64,000 bases of DNA from a virus: positions 1 to 64,000 of IMG/VR virus record IMGVR_UViG_3300042691_050360, one strand, 5' to 3'. The first letter of the stretch is position 1, and the number at the start of each line of letters is the position of its first letter. The notes beneath the pieces are model-generated. The model searched no databases and was not told where the DNA came from. It worked only from the letters and a program-made list of their open reading frames with translations. Position numbers and translations under genes: made by a program. Below, piece after piece: positions 7,376-16,658 of the stretch.

Positions 7376-8548
7376 GTGGAAGTATACAATCTGATACTAG
7401 ATCGGGGCTATTTAGGTGCCTTAAAGTATGCGAGCGAAATTGAAGATAAGAATTTTCGTTTAGCTTCAGAGATTGATCAGATTGTGTCTGAATTGTATCG
7501 CATTGCTAGTGGTGGTTCAGGATTTCGCTATGCTCAATCCGCGATGCCAAAGTTTAACACTTACACGCCTCGTTCGATGCCATCGGCCCCTGTTCAAACT
7601 AATGAACCCGAAAGCATTTCCACTCCTTCTTTTTCACCTGACTCTCGTCCTGCTGGAATGTCAGCACCCGGTGGGATAGGATCGGCGGCTGGTTCCATTG
7701 GTGGCCTCGTGCTAAAAATTAAAGGCCTTATAGAAAGTATGGATAGCGGAAAAATTCCGAAATCATATGGCCGGAGACTTATTAACCAATTGTTAGGCAA
7801 CACTCTCCTCGACAAGAGTCAGGTGAGAAAACTTTCACGTTTGGTTGATACAAAACAATGGACAAAAGCTACCCAATATGTTCAGCAAATTCATGACCAA
7901 TTAAATCCCGCAACCGCGACCACAAGTCCTTGGATCGGAGACAAGGCCAGAAAGTTAAAGACAAATCTTAAATTGGAAAAATCTAGATTAATTCTTAAAA
8001 TTCTAGAAGGTCTTGCAACTAAATTCCCATCACTTATGGGAGTTCTTCAGTTTATAAGCAAGAATGCGAAGTTTTTAGGAGCTTTAGCTATTCCTTTTGA
8101 TACTTATGATATTTACACAGACTATGAGAGAGAGGGATTATCATCTCGCGTAATTTGCAAAATTATTAGTATTATTCTAGGAATTAGTTCACTTATAGCA
8201 ACCGCCAGTGTTGCTGGTGCTAGTTTGGCACCTGGTCTTGCAGCCTTGTGGGCCATATCTTCATTTGGGTGCGGGTTCATTCCGCAATCAGACAAAAAAG
8301 AAGATGCTTATAAAAACTTAACACAATCTGAAATTGACAAAGCCGAATCCACGGTCACTTTAGAGAGTTTGCCACAATCTGATCAAAATCTGGTTCGAGG
8401 TCTATTCAATATCAAGAGCAAGGCAGATTTGATTAACAATCTTCGCGGTTTGAGAGATTCCAAGAAATTCGAGAAACCTGTTGAGTCCTTGGCTTATATT
8501 CAAAGGCAGCTTGCTTCAGGTAATGGTCAGATTGTGCCTATAGGTTAA
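7376..8548 (+). CDS. hypothetical protein, probable virion cargo; C-terminal hydrophobic segments
   Basis: 390-aa ORF; KYA/RLA/RIA/RYAQ motifs; AGG 34 nt upstream of the GTG. Confidence 0.6.
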   Translation: MEVYNLILDRGYLGALKYASEIEDKNFRLASEIDQIVSELYRIASGGSGFRYAQSAMPKFNTYTPRSMPSAPVQTNEPESISTPSFSPDSRPAGMSAPGGIGSAAGSIGGLVLKIKGLIESMDSGKIPKSYGRRLINQLLGNTLLDKSQVRKLSRLVDTKQWTKATQYVQQIHDQLNPATATTSPWIGDKARKLKTNLKLEKSRLILKILEGLATKFPSLMGVLQFISKNAKFLGALAIPFDTYDIYTDYEREGLSSRVICKIISIILGISSLIATASVAGASLAPGLAALWAISSFGCGFIPQSDKKEDAYKNLTQSEIDKAESTVTLESLPQSDQNLVRGLFNIKSKADLINNLRGLRDSKKFEKPVESLAYIQRQLASGNGQIVPIG

Positions 8549-8597
8549 CACTTAAATGTTAACATTTGAAAAAAAATAATGTTATTTAAGTGTTAAC
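8544..8597. terminator. long inverted repeat between convergent genes (bidirectional terminator candidate)
   Basis: GTTAACACTTAAAT...ATTTAAGTGTTAAC with inner TAACATT/AATGTTA. Confidence 0.65.
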
Positions 8598-8605
8598 GGC
8601 TGGCT

Positions 8606-8965
8606 TCATTTAAGAGTGAGGAGATACTTGAGTTTATTAAGTAGTCCTAGCATTTCATCTCTGATATTGAGAAGATCTGTATCTTTTTCTTCAAGTGCTT
8701 TTGGTAAATCTTCCGTAAGAACATCAATAAATGCATCAATCACGGCTTCTTTATTTTCTGATATATTAACGAGCGAGATATTAAATTTGTCTTTAGCAAC
8801 AGGTCTTTCATTTTTGCCAATATATACTTCCATGAATTCATCGATTTTTTCATCGAGTCCAGAGTATGTATCTCCAAAGGCATTATGTTCTGCGAAGCTC
8901 TTTGTTTGCCAATGGAACACTCGCATTTGGTTTTGAAGTGTCAGAAACAGTTCGACAATATTCAT
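8606..8965 (-). CDS. Dps/ferritin-like four-helix protein (DUF5856-like)
   Basis: FHWQT..AEH.AF...Y......DEFME pattern of Dps-type ferroxidase centres. Confidence 0.8.
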   Translation of the reverse strand: MNIVELFLTLQNQMRVFHWQTKSFAEHNAFGDTYSGLDEKIDEFMEVYIGKNERPVAKDKFNISLVNISENKEAVIDAFIDVLTEDLPKALEEKDTDLLNIRDEMLGLLNKLKYLLTLK

Positions 8966-9021
8966 AATAATTATTTAGTGAAAAATCAGATTGTGTCCTG
9001 GATTCGTAATCTTCAGGCAGC

Positions 9022-9045
9022 AAAAAAGCCCCTTGCGAGGCTTTT
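9022..9045 (-). terminator. intrinsic terminator downstream of the glycosyltransferase
   Basis: Minus strand AAAAGCC-TCGCAAGG-GGCTTTTTT. Confidence 0.75.
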
Positions 9046-9068
9046 CATAGTTTTGCATTATTGCTCGA

Positions 9069-9875
9069 CTACCTAATCACGCACATTTTTTCATGTCCAA
9101 CCTTGATTTCAGGATCGACATAGCACTTAATGCCCTTCTCTCGGAGTTCCAAGAAGAAGCTTGCATCTTCACTTGAAAAGTCAAAAATGGAACCGCCCTT
9201 AAGTTCATGGAACTGTGGTTTGAAGAATGGGTACTCAAAAGATTCATGCACACCATATCTGACCATAAGCCATCCAAACCCGATGTACACACATGGGAAA
9301 ACACCATTGTTTTCTTTGTATTCTTGTTCTTTCTTCTTCTCTTCCATATCGGCCAGTGTAAGGAACTTGAAAGATCCATTTTCCTGGAAGAAGTCTTCAT
9401 CCCATTTGTCCACACAAGTAGTGTGATGTCCATCAGCCATGAGGTACAATCCTGAGAGCATTGGCATGCTCGGGGTCTTTTGCATTCTTTCTAGCATCTT
9501 GAAGAAATCATCTGGCGTGAAAACGATATCTGAATCGATCCACATGATATAATCATATGTATATTCGTCGTTGAATGGCTTTTGATGTCTTCCTCTTAGA
9601 ACGTGTGCTCTAAGGCATGCAGATCGTGCATAGTACACAACGGGGCTGTATGCGTTACTCAGAGCGAAAGAGATGCCATTTTGGTACATGGCATTGCAGA
9701 GATTAGTCCAGCTTTGTAAAAAGTTGGCAGTGAACTCTCTTCCTGGCACACAGAAGATAACATTAATATGCGGCTTCGCTCCTGGTGCTGGTGCTTGAGG
9801 GGTTGGGTTTTGCACTGATTGTTGCAAAAACTGTGTTTTCTGATCCTTAGAGCTTGAGTCATGCTTAAACTTCAT
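9069..9875 (-). CDS. GT-A fold glycosyltransferase (GT2-like)
   Basis: MWIDSDI DxD motif, GFGWLMV, SEDASF, VGHEK. Confidence 0.85.
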   Translation of the reverse strand: MKFKHDSSSKDQKTQFLQQSVQNPTPQAPAPGAKPHINVIFCVPGREFTANFLQSWTNLCNAMYQNGISFALSNAYSPVVYYARSACLRAHVLRGRHQKPFNDEYTYDYIMWIDSDIVFTPDDFFKMLERMQKTPSMPMLSGLYLMADGHHTTCVDKWDEDFFQENGSFKFLTLADMEEKKKEQEYKENNGVFPCVYIGFGWLMVRYGVHESFEYPFFKPQFHELKGGSIFDFSSEDASFFLELREKGIKCYVDPEIKVGHEKMCVIR

Positions 9876-9879
9876 AATA

Positions 9880-10065
9880 TTATTTTACAGGATTTTTTCC
9901 TTCACGAAGCTTTTCCAATCGCTTTCTTCTCTTTTTCACTGAGGGTTTTTCGTACCTTGATCGCTCCCTCACTTCTTTGATGATTCCTTCCATTGTAACG
10001 GCTGTATTGAATCTCTTCAGTAAGCTGTCTATGTTTTCATTTTGTCTTTTAACTATTCTGACCAT
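9880..10065 (-). CDS. rpsU: ribosomal protein bS21
   Basis: NENIDSLLKRF...GIIKEVRER..YEKPSVKKRRK is the bS21 signature. Confidence 0.92.
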   Translation of the reverse strand: MVRIVKRQNENIDSLLKRFNTAVTMEGIIKEVRERSRYEKPSVKKRRKRLEKLREGKNPVK

Positions 10066-10582
10066 TTTTTACTCCAAAAGTATTATTTTTTGTTTGCAAT
10101 ACCATTATACCGTTATTTTCTTCGTTCATTAAATCCAGAACAATTTTACAATCAAGGAATTCATTTAGGAAGTTTGACAATTTTTTTGCATTTTCAAGTA
10201 GTGCTTGATATACGACGATTGTTTCTCCGTCTGTGAAAAAGAATCCGGGCAAATTTTGATCAACAAGATATATGTCTCCTGCCAATTTAATATTAGCCGT
10301 GTCTACATTTAGTTGCTTTAGCTGCAAAATGTGATCTTTTTCAAGGAATTGCTCAGCTGTGTCATTGGTGAAGATTTTAAATGTGAATCTTTCTGCTGGC
10401 TTTGTCAATTTGGGTTTATATATCCATCGTCCATCCATATAGAAGAACGGGCTATAATTGCCGTTTATTTTCAATCTAACAATATTATCTGGGAAAAATT
10501 CTTCAATTCTTTTGCTAAGTGCTCTCAATGTTGATTGATCATCTACATCAAGGCACACAAAGGGTTTTGATTTACTTTCCAC
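10049..10582 (-). CDS. hypothetical protein
   Basis: 177-aa ORF in operon-like array; CGTATATT+5 nt before GTG. Confidence 0.7.
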   Translation of the reverse strand: MESKSKPFVCLDVDDQSTLRALSKRIEEFFPDNIVRLKINGNYSPFFYMDGRWIYKPKLTKPAERFTFKIFTNDTAEQFLEKDHILQLKQLNVDTANIKLAGDIYLVDQNLPGFFFTDGETIVVYQALLENAKKLSNFLNEFLDCKIVLDLMNEENNGIMVLQTKNNTFGVKNGQNS

Positions 10583-10585
10583 GTT

Positions 10586-11329
10586 TTAATATACGGGCAT
10601 TTTGATGTGGATTTCATTGAATTTCATAACATTTTTAAGAGTTTTGTATCCTGTAAGTTTATAGATGATTGTTTTCTCAAGATAATCTCTATGCACGAAG
10701 AATCCTTTTGTTTTGTAATTATCTTGAGACACACATTCTATGATATAGAATTTCATATTTGCGAGCATTTGACACACCCTCACACAATCTGAGCTTATAT
10801 CGTCTCCGAAATACACATACATTGAGTTTGACATTATTGATTGTATGATTTGTTCTTCTTCCGTGCCTTGCATAACTTGACACAATCTTCCATCATATTG
10901 ATTTTCATCTTTAGCATCTAGAAAATCATTTAGGTTCTTTTGCTCTATTGGCAGCAAGATTTCTTGTCGAAAATATTGTTTAAAATTGGGTTTAAGATTT
11001 TTTATAATTACTATTGGTTCTTCAGATTGCACGATTATAGTTTCACCGAAGCTTCTCAATTCTTTGTATATGATTATGGCTTCTGTTTTATTTCGCGGGG
11101 CAATAATGAGCCATTGCGTATTTTCCGTTAAGATATTTCTCCAGAAAAAATCAATAAATTGTGGGGATTCTTTGTAAATGAATATAAGTTGTGCATCGTC
11201 TTCATTTTTGATTTGTTTCGTTTTTATTAATGCATTAATTCTCGAATGCATTGGAAAATTTTCCCCTAGCATTTTCATTGATGTTATTTCGTGTTTAAGA
11301 ATTGCAATAAACAGGCTATAATCGACCAT
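10586..11329 (-). CDS. hypothetical protein
   Basis: Track start 11344; ATG 11329 follows GTATAAT+6 nt. Confidence 0.7.
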   Translation of the reverse strand: MVDYSLFIAILKHEITSMKMLGENFPMHSRINALIKTKQIKNEDDAQLIFIYKESPQFIDFFWRNILTENTQWLIIAPRNKTEAIIIYKELRSFGETIIVQSEEPIVIIKNLKPNFKQYFRQEILLPIEQKNLNDFLDAKDENQYDGRLCQVMQGTEEEQIIQSIMSNSMYVYFGDDISSDCVRVCQMLANMKFYIIECVSQDNYKTKGFFVHRDYLEKTIIYKLTGYKTLKNVMKFNEIHIKMPVY

Positions 11330-11384
11330 GATTACATTATACATACTGGCAGGTTATTGAGCTGGATTGGGCGTATAAGTTTAT

Positions 11385-12287
11385 GTGGCCTCTAAAGATC
11401 CTTCTCTTCATGTTTTCGATTTTGATGATACATTATTCACAACAGACAACACAGTTGGCGTTTTGATTCCTGGTCGAGAGAGAATCGATCTTAATTCTTA
11501 TGAGTTCGGTCAATTAGAAAAAAACCATGAATTGCCCAGTATGGGTATTTCAAGAGAAGATTTAAAATCCGCGAAGATTTCGTTTGATAATTTCGAGCAT
11601 GTCAAGAACCCCCGTCCCATTAAAAAGAATCTTCTTATCTTTGGAAACATTTTGTTACACAGTCCTCAGAATTTATTCATTGTTACAGCCAGGGGTAGTG
11701 GATCTAACAAGGCTGATATTAAGAATATCATAGATGATTATTTTGGCCCGATTTTACCAGAGACGGGATTTGATATCGGCCACATTGTTACCAGAGATGA
11801 GCAAATGCATTATAAAGGTGATACAGCGGACAAAAAGAAACAAACAATCGAAGATCTTCAGGAGTTTAAAGGATTAAATAAGGTTCATTTCCTTGATGAT
11901 GCTCCTAAAAATGTGGAAAAAGTTGGTGAGATACCTGGTGCTAGAGCTCGCTTAGTGAAGCATCCCCATGAGGAAAAGGAAAACCAGGAAGATAATATAT
12001 TTAAAGGAGCTAGTAAAAAAATGCCAAGAGAAAACGTGCCACATAAAGTAGATGAAATTGCTGATTCGATTATTAAGCAAATGAAGAAAGATAAAAAAAA
12101 TATTTCTGAAGAAAAGATGTATGATATTGCTTATGGAACGGCTTGGAAGACTTATTACAAGCAGAATCCAAAAGAAAAATCTAAGCGTGAGAAGAAATCA
12201 GACGAAATTCTTAATAATATAAGAATAGCTGACATGCTTGATTCGATTGAATATTACGAGTTAGCAGATTTTGTATCAGAGCTTTAA
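11385..12287 (+). CDS. HAD-superfamily phosphatase with C-terminal extension
   Basis: DFDDT motif I, VTAR motif II, FLDD motif IV; tail with AYGTAWK and LD..EYYELAD motif. Confidence 0.8.
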   Translation: MASKDPSLHVFDFDDTLFTTDNTVGVLIPGRERIDLNSYEFGQLEKNHELPSMGISREDLKSAKISFDNFEHVKNPRPIKKNLLIFGNILLHSPQNLFIVTARGSGSNKADIKNIIDDYFGPILPETGFDIGHIVTRDEQMHYKGDTADKKKQTIEDLQEFKGLNKVHFLDDAPKNVEKVGEIPGARARLVKHPHEEKENQEDNIFKGASKKMPRENVPHKVDEIADSIIKQMKKDKKNISEEKMYDIAYGTAWKTYYKQNPKEKSKREKKSDEILNNIRIADMLDSIEYYELADFVSEL

Positions 12288-13273
12288 TTCGTAGATTTAA
12301 CCCAGATTTCAAGAGCTGGAATTGTTCCTAGGCCAGCAACAGAACCACTAGCTAGTGCAATCGATGTAATACCAAGTGCTTTATATGTGGAATTATTATA
12401 AATTCCAATATTTGCTCTTCCGATTAAGTTGGTTGTATTAAGATTGATTGTCGTACTAACTCCAGTAGATAGGTAAACAGTTAGACCCAAGTTAGAAACG
12501 ACACCTGTGCTTGCTCCTCCGGTTAAGGACGACGTACCGAATCTGAACTCTAAATATTCTGGATTTTGAATTGGTCTAAACGCGAACAAGTTAGTTGTGA
12601 GCGAACTGACTGGGCCACTGAGCGTGAGGGTGTTTGAATTATAATATCCGGTTACCGTTGTGCTAAGTGCGATATTCGCGGCTGTTGGTATAGATGCGGA
12701 GTTGCTGGCGACAATTATGTCACCTGGTAGAGCAAAATTAGAGATTGATGTTTGGAAGCCTGAAACAGCAACATTATTGCCAGAAATACTTACAGCGGTT
12801 GCAGTATTTTGCCTGTTAGTTGCAGACGAATTCGGTGGATAGATTACGAAGGCCGAGCCAGTCCAGGTTGCGAAACCCACTTGCTGAACTAATTCTTGAG
12901 TATTAGCTTGATACCACAATGATTTAAATGCGTTAGCCCAGGCGACATTTTTTGATGGGGTGATGCCAGTGAAATAATCCCTTAACGAAGATCCGTAAGT
13001 GTTTGTGAAGAAATTATTGACAGTCTGAGCTACCGATCTGGCTATATTGACTGATGCGTTGCTATAAACACTTTCAGCATTAAGATGGGCATTAACCACT
13101 GAGATGCCATTGGTTACATCTGATGTGCTCATGCTTGACAAGAATAATTGTCTAGCGGGAAAATAATTAATCAATGTTGAGGATGGGTTGTAAACTTCCT
13201 CAAATCCCTTCGCATAAGTTGAGCCAATTATGCCTTGGTAATTGTTAAAAAAACTTGTATCAGAAATAGCCAT
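12284..13273 (-). CDS. Ser/Thr/Asn-rich probable virion structural protein
   Basis: Composition typical of beta-rich structural proteins; no catalytic motif. Confidence 0.5.
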   Translation of the reverse strand: MAISDTSFFNNYQGIIGSTYAKGFEEVYNPSSTLINYFPARQLFLSSMSTSDVTNGISVVNAHLNAESVYSNASVNIARSVAQTVNNFFTNTYGSSLRDYFTGITPSKNVAWANAFKSLWYQANTQELVQQVGFATWTGSAFVIYPPNSSATNRQNTATAVSISGNNVAVSGFQTSISNFALPGDIIVASNSASIPTAANIALSTTVTGYYNSNTLTLSGPVSSLTTNLFAFRPIQNPEYLEFRFGTSSLTGGASTGVVSNLGLTVYLSTGVSTTINLNTTNLIGRANIGIYNNSTYKALGITSIALASGSVAGLGTIPALEIWVKSTN

Positions 13274-13300
13274 CCTGATACAAGTTTTCGGACTACGAAA

Positions 13301-13558
13301 TTAGTTTTCCTTCTTTGTTTGCATTGCGTGAACCATTGCCTTAACTTCTGGTTGCTTGAAAAAGTTGAATGTCAACTGATCAAAACCAAGAGCCATGACA
13401 ATTGCCTGAGGCAAGACCGAAAGTCCCGCTTCTACTGCAACTTTAAGATCTTGTGTGACGTTAAGTTCCTTACTGAAAGCAGTAAGGAAAGCTGTCAAGA
13501 CAAAGATAACTACCTTTTGAACCAAAAGGTTGAACTTAAAATCCTTAAAATAACTCAT
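13301..13558 (-). CDS. small membrane protein (holin-like)
   Basis: Two hydrophobic segments, strong SD AAGGAGGT. Confidence 0.5.
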   Translation of the reverse strand: MSYFKDFKFNLLVQKVVIFVLTAFLTAFSKELNVTQDLKVAVEAGLSVLPQAIVMALGFDQLTFNFFKQPEVKAMVHAMQTKKEN

Positions 13559-13574
13559 ATTTTTACCTCCTTAT

Positions 13575-14561
13575 TCATATACGGTTTTTAAACCTCAGAA
13601 TCGCATTTTCTTGAAAATCTTTGATGTTGTCTACACCTGTGTAAGTCAAAGCAGATTTAATCCCCGATATAAACTCTTTCAAAACATCTGCAGTTTCGCC
13701 TGTGTAAGGCATTTTAATTGTAGTTCCTTCGGGGGCAACATGTGTTTTCTTACCAGCAAAAAATGTATCCATTGCTGTTTTCGATGACATGCCATAGTGG
13801 AGCTTGTATAGAACACCATTTTCGTTTACTAATTCAGATGGTGAATCAGATGTGGGGGCCAGTACACTTCCTAAACAGACAAAATCTGCACCAGCGGCAA
13901 GTGCTTTAGCAGCATCACCTGAAGTGGCAATTCCTCCATCAGCAATGATAGAAGCATGATTTTTGTGTAAAGCACATTCAAGAACAGATTGTAGTGTTGG
14001 GATGTGATGCCCCGTGATATTTTTTGTCGTGCAAACTTTTCCGCCAGCTACTCCAACTCGCACAGCATCTGCTCCAGCATTAGAAAGGAATTGATATCCT
14101 TCAACTGTGGCAACATTCCCCGCCACTACTGTTTTATATCCAATGTTTTTAACCTTAGTCACGAACTCACCCATTTTTTTAGAGTGACCATGAGCAATAT
14201 CAATTAAAACTATTGCTTTATCTCCGAGAATATTAAATATATCCTTTGCGGTATCTAGATCTTCTTCTTTAATTCCAATGGAATAAGGAAAATAGTTTAG
14301 CTTTTGCCCTTGTGCAAGGAAGACGAGCTGATCTCGTGAAAGGAATCTGTGGCAGAAAGCGAGCGAACCACTATCATCGAAAGTTTCTGCCATAAAAGGC
14401 CCTACTACAGATGCCATATTTGACGCAATTACAGGGTGTTGAAGTGTTACACTTGAAGAGAGTTTGCTTGACAAATCTGGATTAGCTCTGCTTTCTATCT
14501 CAGAATACCTTGGTTCAAGCCATACGTCATCGAATGATAATAAATTAGATGGTTTAAGCAC
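13575..14561 (-). CDS. GMP reductase / IMP dehydrogenase family (no CBS domains)
   Basis: LSFDDV, DIAHGHS, AGNVAT, GVAGGKVCTT catalytic Cys, ADGGI, YGMSS, PEG. Confidence 0.9.
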   Translation of the reverse strand: MLKPSNLLSFDDVWLEPRYSEIESRANPDLSSKLSSSVTLQHPVIASNMASVVGPFMAETFDDSGSLAFCHRFLSRDQLVFLAQGQKLNYFPYSIGIKEEDLDTAKDIFNILGDKAIVLIDIAHGHSKKMGEFVTKVKNIGYKTVVAGNVATVEGYQFLSNAGADAVRVGVAGGKVCTTKNITGHHIPTLQSVLECALHKNHASIIADGGIATSGDAAKALAAGADFVCLGSVLAPTSDSPSELVNENGVLYKLHYGMSSKTAMDTFFAGKKTHVAPEGTTIKMPYTGETADVLKEFISGIKSALTYTGVDNIKDFQENAILRFKNRI

Positions 14562-14575
14562 GATTATTTGTACGT

Positions 14576-15040
14576 TTAAAAATCGTCTAAATCAAAGAAA
14601 CTTTCTTCTGCGTCGAAATCTTCGCAATCATTCATTCCCTTTACAGCATTTACCCAATCTTTAAGCTCAATGGATTCCGATCCTACATCAGAAAGAATAG
14701 CTTTGATTTTATCAACCACACCTTCTTTATTTCGGCAATCACATCCCGACATCAAAGCATCGTCTAGTTCATCAATTTCTCTCTTGAATTCGTCAGAAAA
14801 TAAAAGCATTTCAATTAAGTGCTCACCAGCTTCGGTAACCACTTCCATTACTTTGCCATTTTCAAACTCAGTCTTTACCTTAATTTTCTCGTTTAAATCA
14901 CTTACTCCAGAATGATTAAGGAGATCAAGGAAGAGCACGAAAACTTTTTTGACATAATCATTTACATTGCCTTGCAAATTCGTGGTATCTTCTTTTTCAC
15001 TTAATTTGTAGTATATCGAATTTAATAAATCTGGTCTCAT
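14576..15040 (-). CDS. hypothetical acidic protein
   Basis: 154-aa ORF in array. Confidence 0.7.
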   Translation of the reverse strand: MRPDLLNSIYYKLSEKEDTTNLQGNVNDYVKKVFVLFLDLLNHSGVSDLNEKIKVKTEFENGKVMEVVTEAGEHLIEMLLFSDEFKREIDELDDALMSGCDCRNKEGVVDKIKAILSDVGSESIELKDWVNAVKGMNDCEDFDAEESFFDLDDF

Positions 15041-15044
15041 CGCC

Positions 15045-15623
15045 TTACCTCATTGTAGTTTCCACTAAATATTCCGGGATCATATTAAAAACCTCAACTC
15101 CAGAACCAGGAAGTTCAAGAACTACATGCTTACTATCAATTATTACAGGAAGATTAAGAATCTCCTCTGGAAATAAATTCAAGATCATTTTTGGAGTCAT
15201 CAGGTCATCAAAATCCCAGCTTCCCTTCAAATCGAAAAAATGATCATTGTAGATTTTTAAGCAATTTTTAAAAGAAGTTTTAATCTTAACTCCTTCTGAT
15301 TTTACAAGTTTTTCCACAAGATTGTGACTGGCAGTTTTTGGATTTGATTTTCCACCTTGAGAAGGTGTGTATTCAGTCATATTAGGACTCTTGCCCTTTC
15401 TCTTTTTCTTCTCGTTCTTTCTTTTGGCCTTAATTCGATTTTTTCTTTCTTTTTCATCAAGCGTCTTTGCTTTAGAAGCTGGTGTACAGACTGGGTATTT
15501 GCCTTTGTCAGCGTCAGATCGACCACATTCTTCGTAGCCGCCTTCCTTCTTGGGCCTTGATACATCTACCCACTTCTCCTCTTTAAACCACTCCTTGAGT
15601 CCAGCTTCCCTAAAGATACCCAT
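15045..15623 (-). CDS. conserved phage protein (DUF5872-associated, GLKEWFKEEKWVD type)
   Basis: GLKEWFKEEKWVDV...CGRS...YPVCTP motif; AGG 34 nt upstream. Confidence 0.65.
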   Translation of the reverse strand: MGIFREAGLKEWFKEEKWVDVSRPKKEGGYEECGRSDADKGKYPVCTPASKAKTLDEKERKNRIKAKRKNEKKKRKGKSPNMTEYTPSQGGKSNPKTASHNLVEKLVKSEGVKIKTSFKNCLKIYNDHFFDLKGSWDFDDLMTPKMILNLFPEEILNLPVIIDSKHVVLELPGSGVEVFNMIPEYLVETTMR

Positions 15624-15637
15624 TAATATTAGTTTCT

Positions 15638-16336
15638 TTATTTTGTAATTGATTCCTTTTTCAATAAAACATCACAAAATTCTTTAAAAATTTCATAAGT
15701 AGATGTATTTCTGCCAATATTTGCAGAGTAACATGCCAAAACTACATTCTCCTTGACATAACCTAACTCTCTGTTTATCCGATCTATGCTCGGTTGAAAA
15801 GGATATTTTTCAATTTCAGAAGGAACTAAAGGAACCTCAAACCAATAACATTTCCCTTTTTGCTGCTCAAACAGTTTCAAAACAAAATTTTCATCTATTT
15901 CTACTAAGTCTTTTGAGTGCTTCTTTGCATTTATTACTAGCATTTTTGCCCAATTTTTTACTCTATATTCCAAGGCAACCTTGCCAGCTGTTATACTGCG
16001 ACAAATTTTACAATAGTTTCTATAACCATCTTTTGTTTTTTCGTCTTTTGTATAATTTTCAATTGATAAATTTTTTTTACATCTAGTACATGTCTTAAAA
16101 AAAATCGCCGGAAAAGTTTTATTTTTTCTCTGATCTCTCCAGGTTTTTTTTGTTTGTTTAGCTTTTTCTTTATCTAGGCCGGTTCTTTTCTCGGGAATAC
16201 CTGATGTTCTTCTTTTCACTCTATCTTTTTCATTGATGCATGAACGGCATATTGAACCCTTACCATCCTTGGTCAATTTATTATTTGGGAAATCATCAAG
16301 ATTTTTTGTTGATTTGCAACAAGAACAGCTTTTCAT
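15638..16336 (-). CDS. putative homing endonuclease (CxxC zinc repeats plus His-Me finger)
   Basis: Two KxCxxC..F/Y......DG....C..C repeats; QQKGKCYW, PSIDRIN..GY..ENV...C..AN. Confidence 0.8.
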   Translation of the reverse strand: MKSCSCCKSTKNLDDFPNNKLTKDGKGSICRSCINEKDRVKRRTSGIPEKRTGLDKEKAKQTKKTWRDQRKNKTFPAIFFKTCTRCKKNLSIENYTKDEKTKDGYRNYCKICRSITAGKVALEYRVKNWAKMLVINAKKHSKDLVEIDENFVLKLFEQQKGKCYWFEVPLVPSEIEKYPFQPSIDRINRELGYVKENVVLACYSANIGRNTSTYEIFKEFCDVLLKKESITK

Positions 16337-16362
16337 ACATTCTATTTATACAAATAAAATGT

Positions 16363-16641
16363 TTACCCCTTGCTCTTGTATGTGCCGCCTTTTGATTTGT
16401 ATAATTTTGTTAAATATGCAGACCCATAAGCACTAGGCCAAACATCAAATTTAGCTTTAGCCTGTGATTTGCATTTGTTATATAACGCCATATTAGATGG
16501 CACATTCTTAGAAGTCCCCTTGTATTTAGGCTTCTTCTTAGCTAGTCGAAGAGCAAAATCAAGCATCGCCTCAGCCAGGGCTATGTTGCCATTTTCGTAT
16601 TCATAAATACTTTGATCGACAATCTGAGAAATTCTTAGCAT
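16363..16641 (-). CDS. DUF5872-like small basic protein
   Basis: P.NMALY...K..AKAKFDVWPSAY.S..L.K.YK.KGG.Y motif. Confidence 0.65.
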   Translation of the reverse strand: MLRISQIVDQSIYEYENGNIALAEAMLDFALRLAKKKPKYKGTSKNVPSNMALYNKCKSQAKAKFDVWPSAYGSAYLTKLYKSKGGTYKSKG

Positions 16642-16658
16642 AAAATCTATTTAAGATT

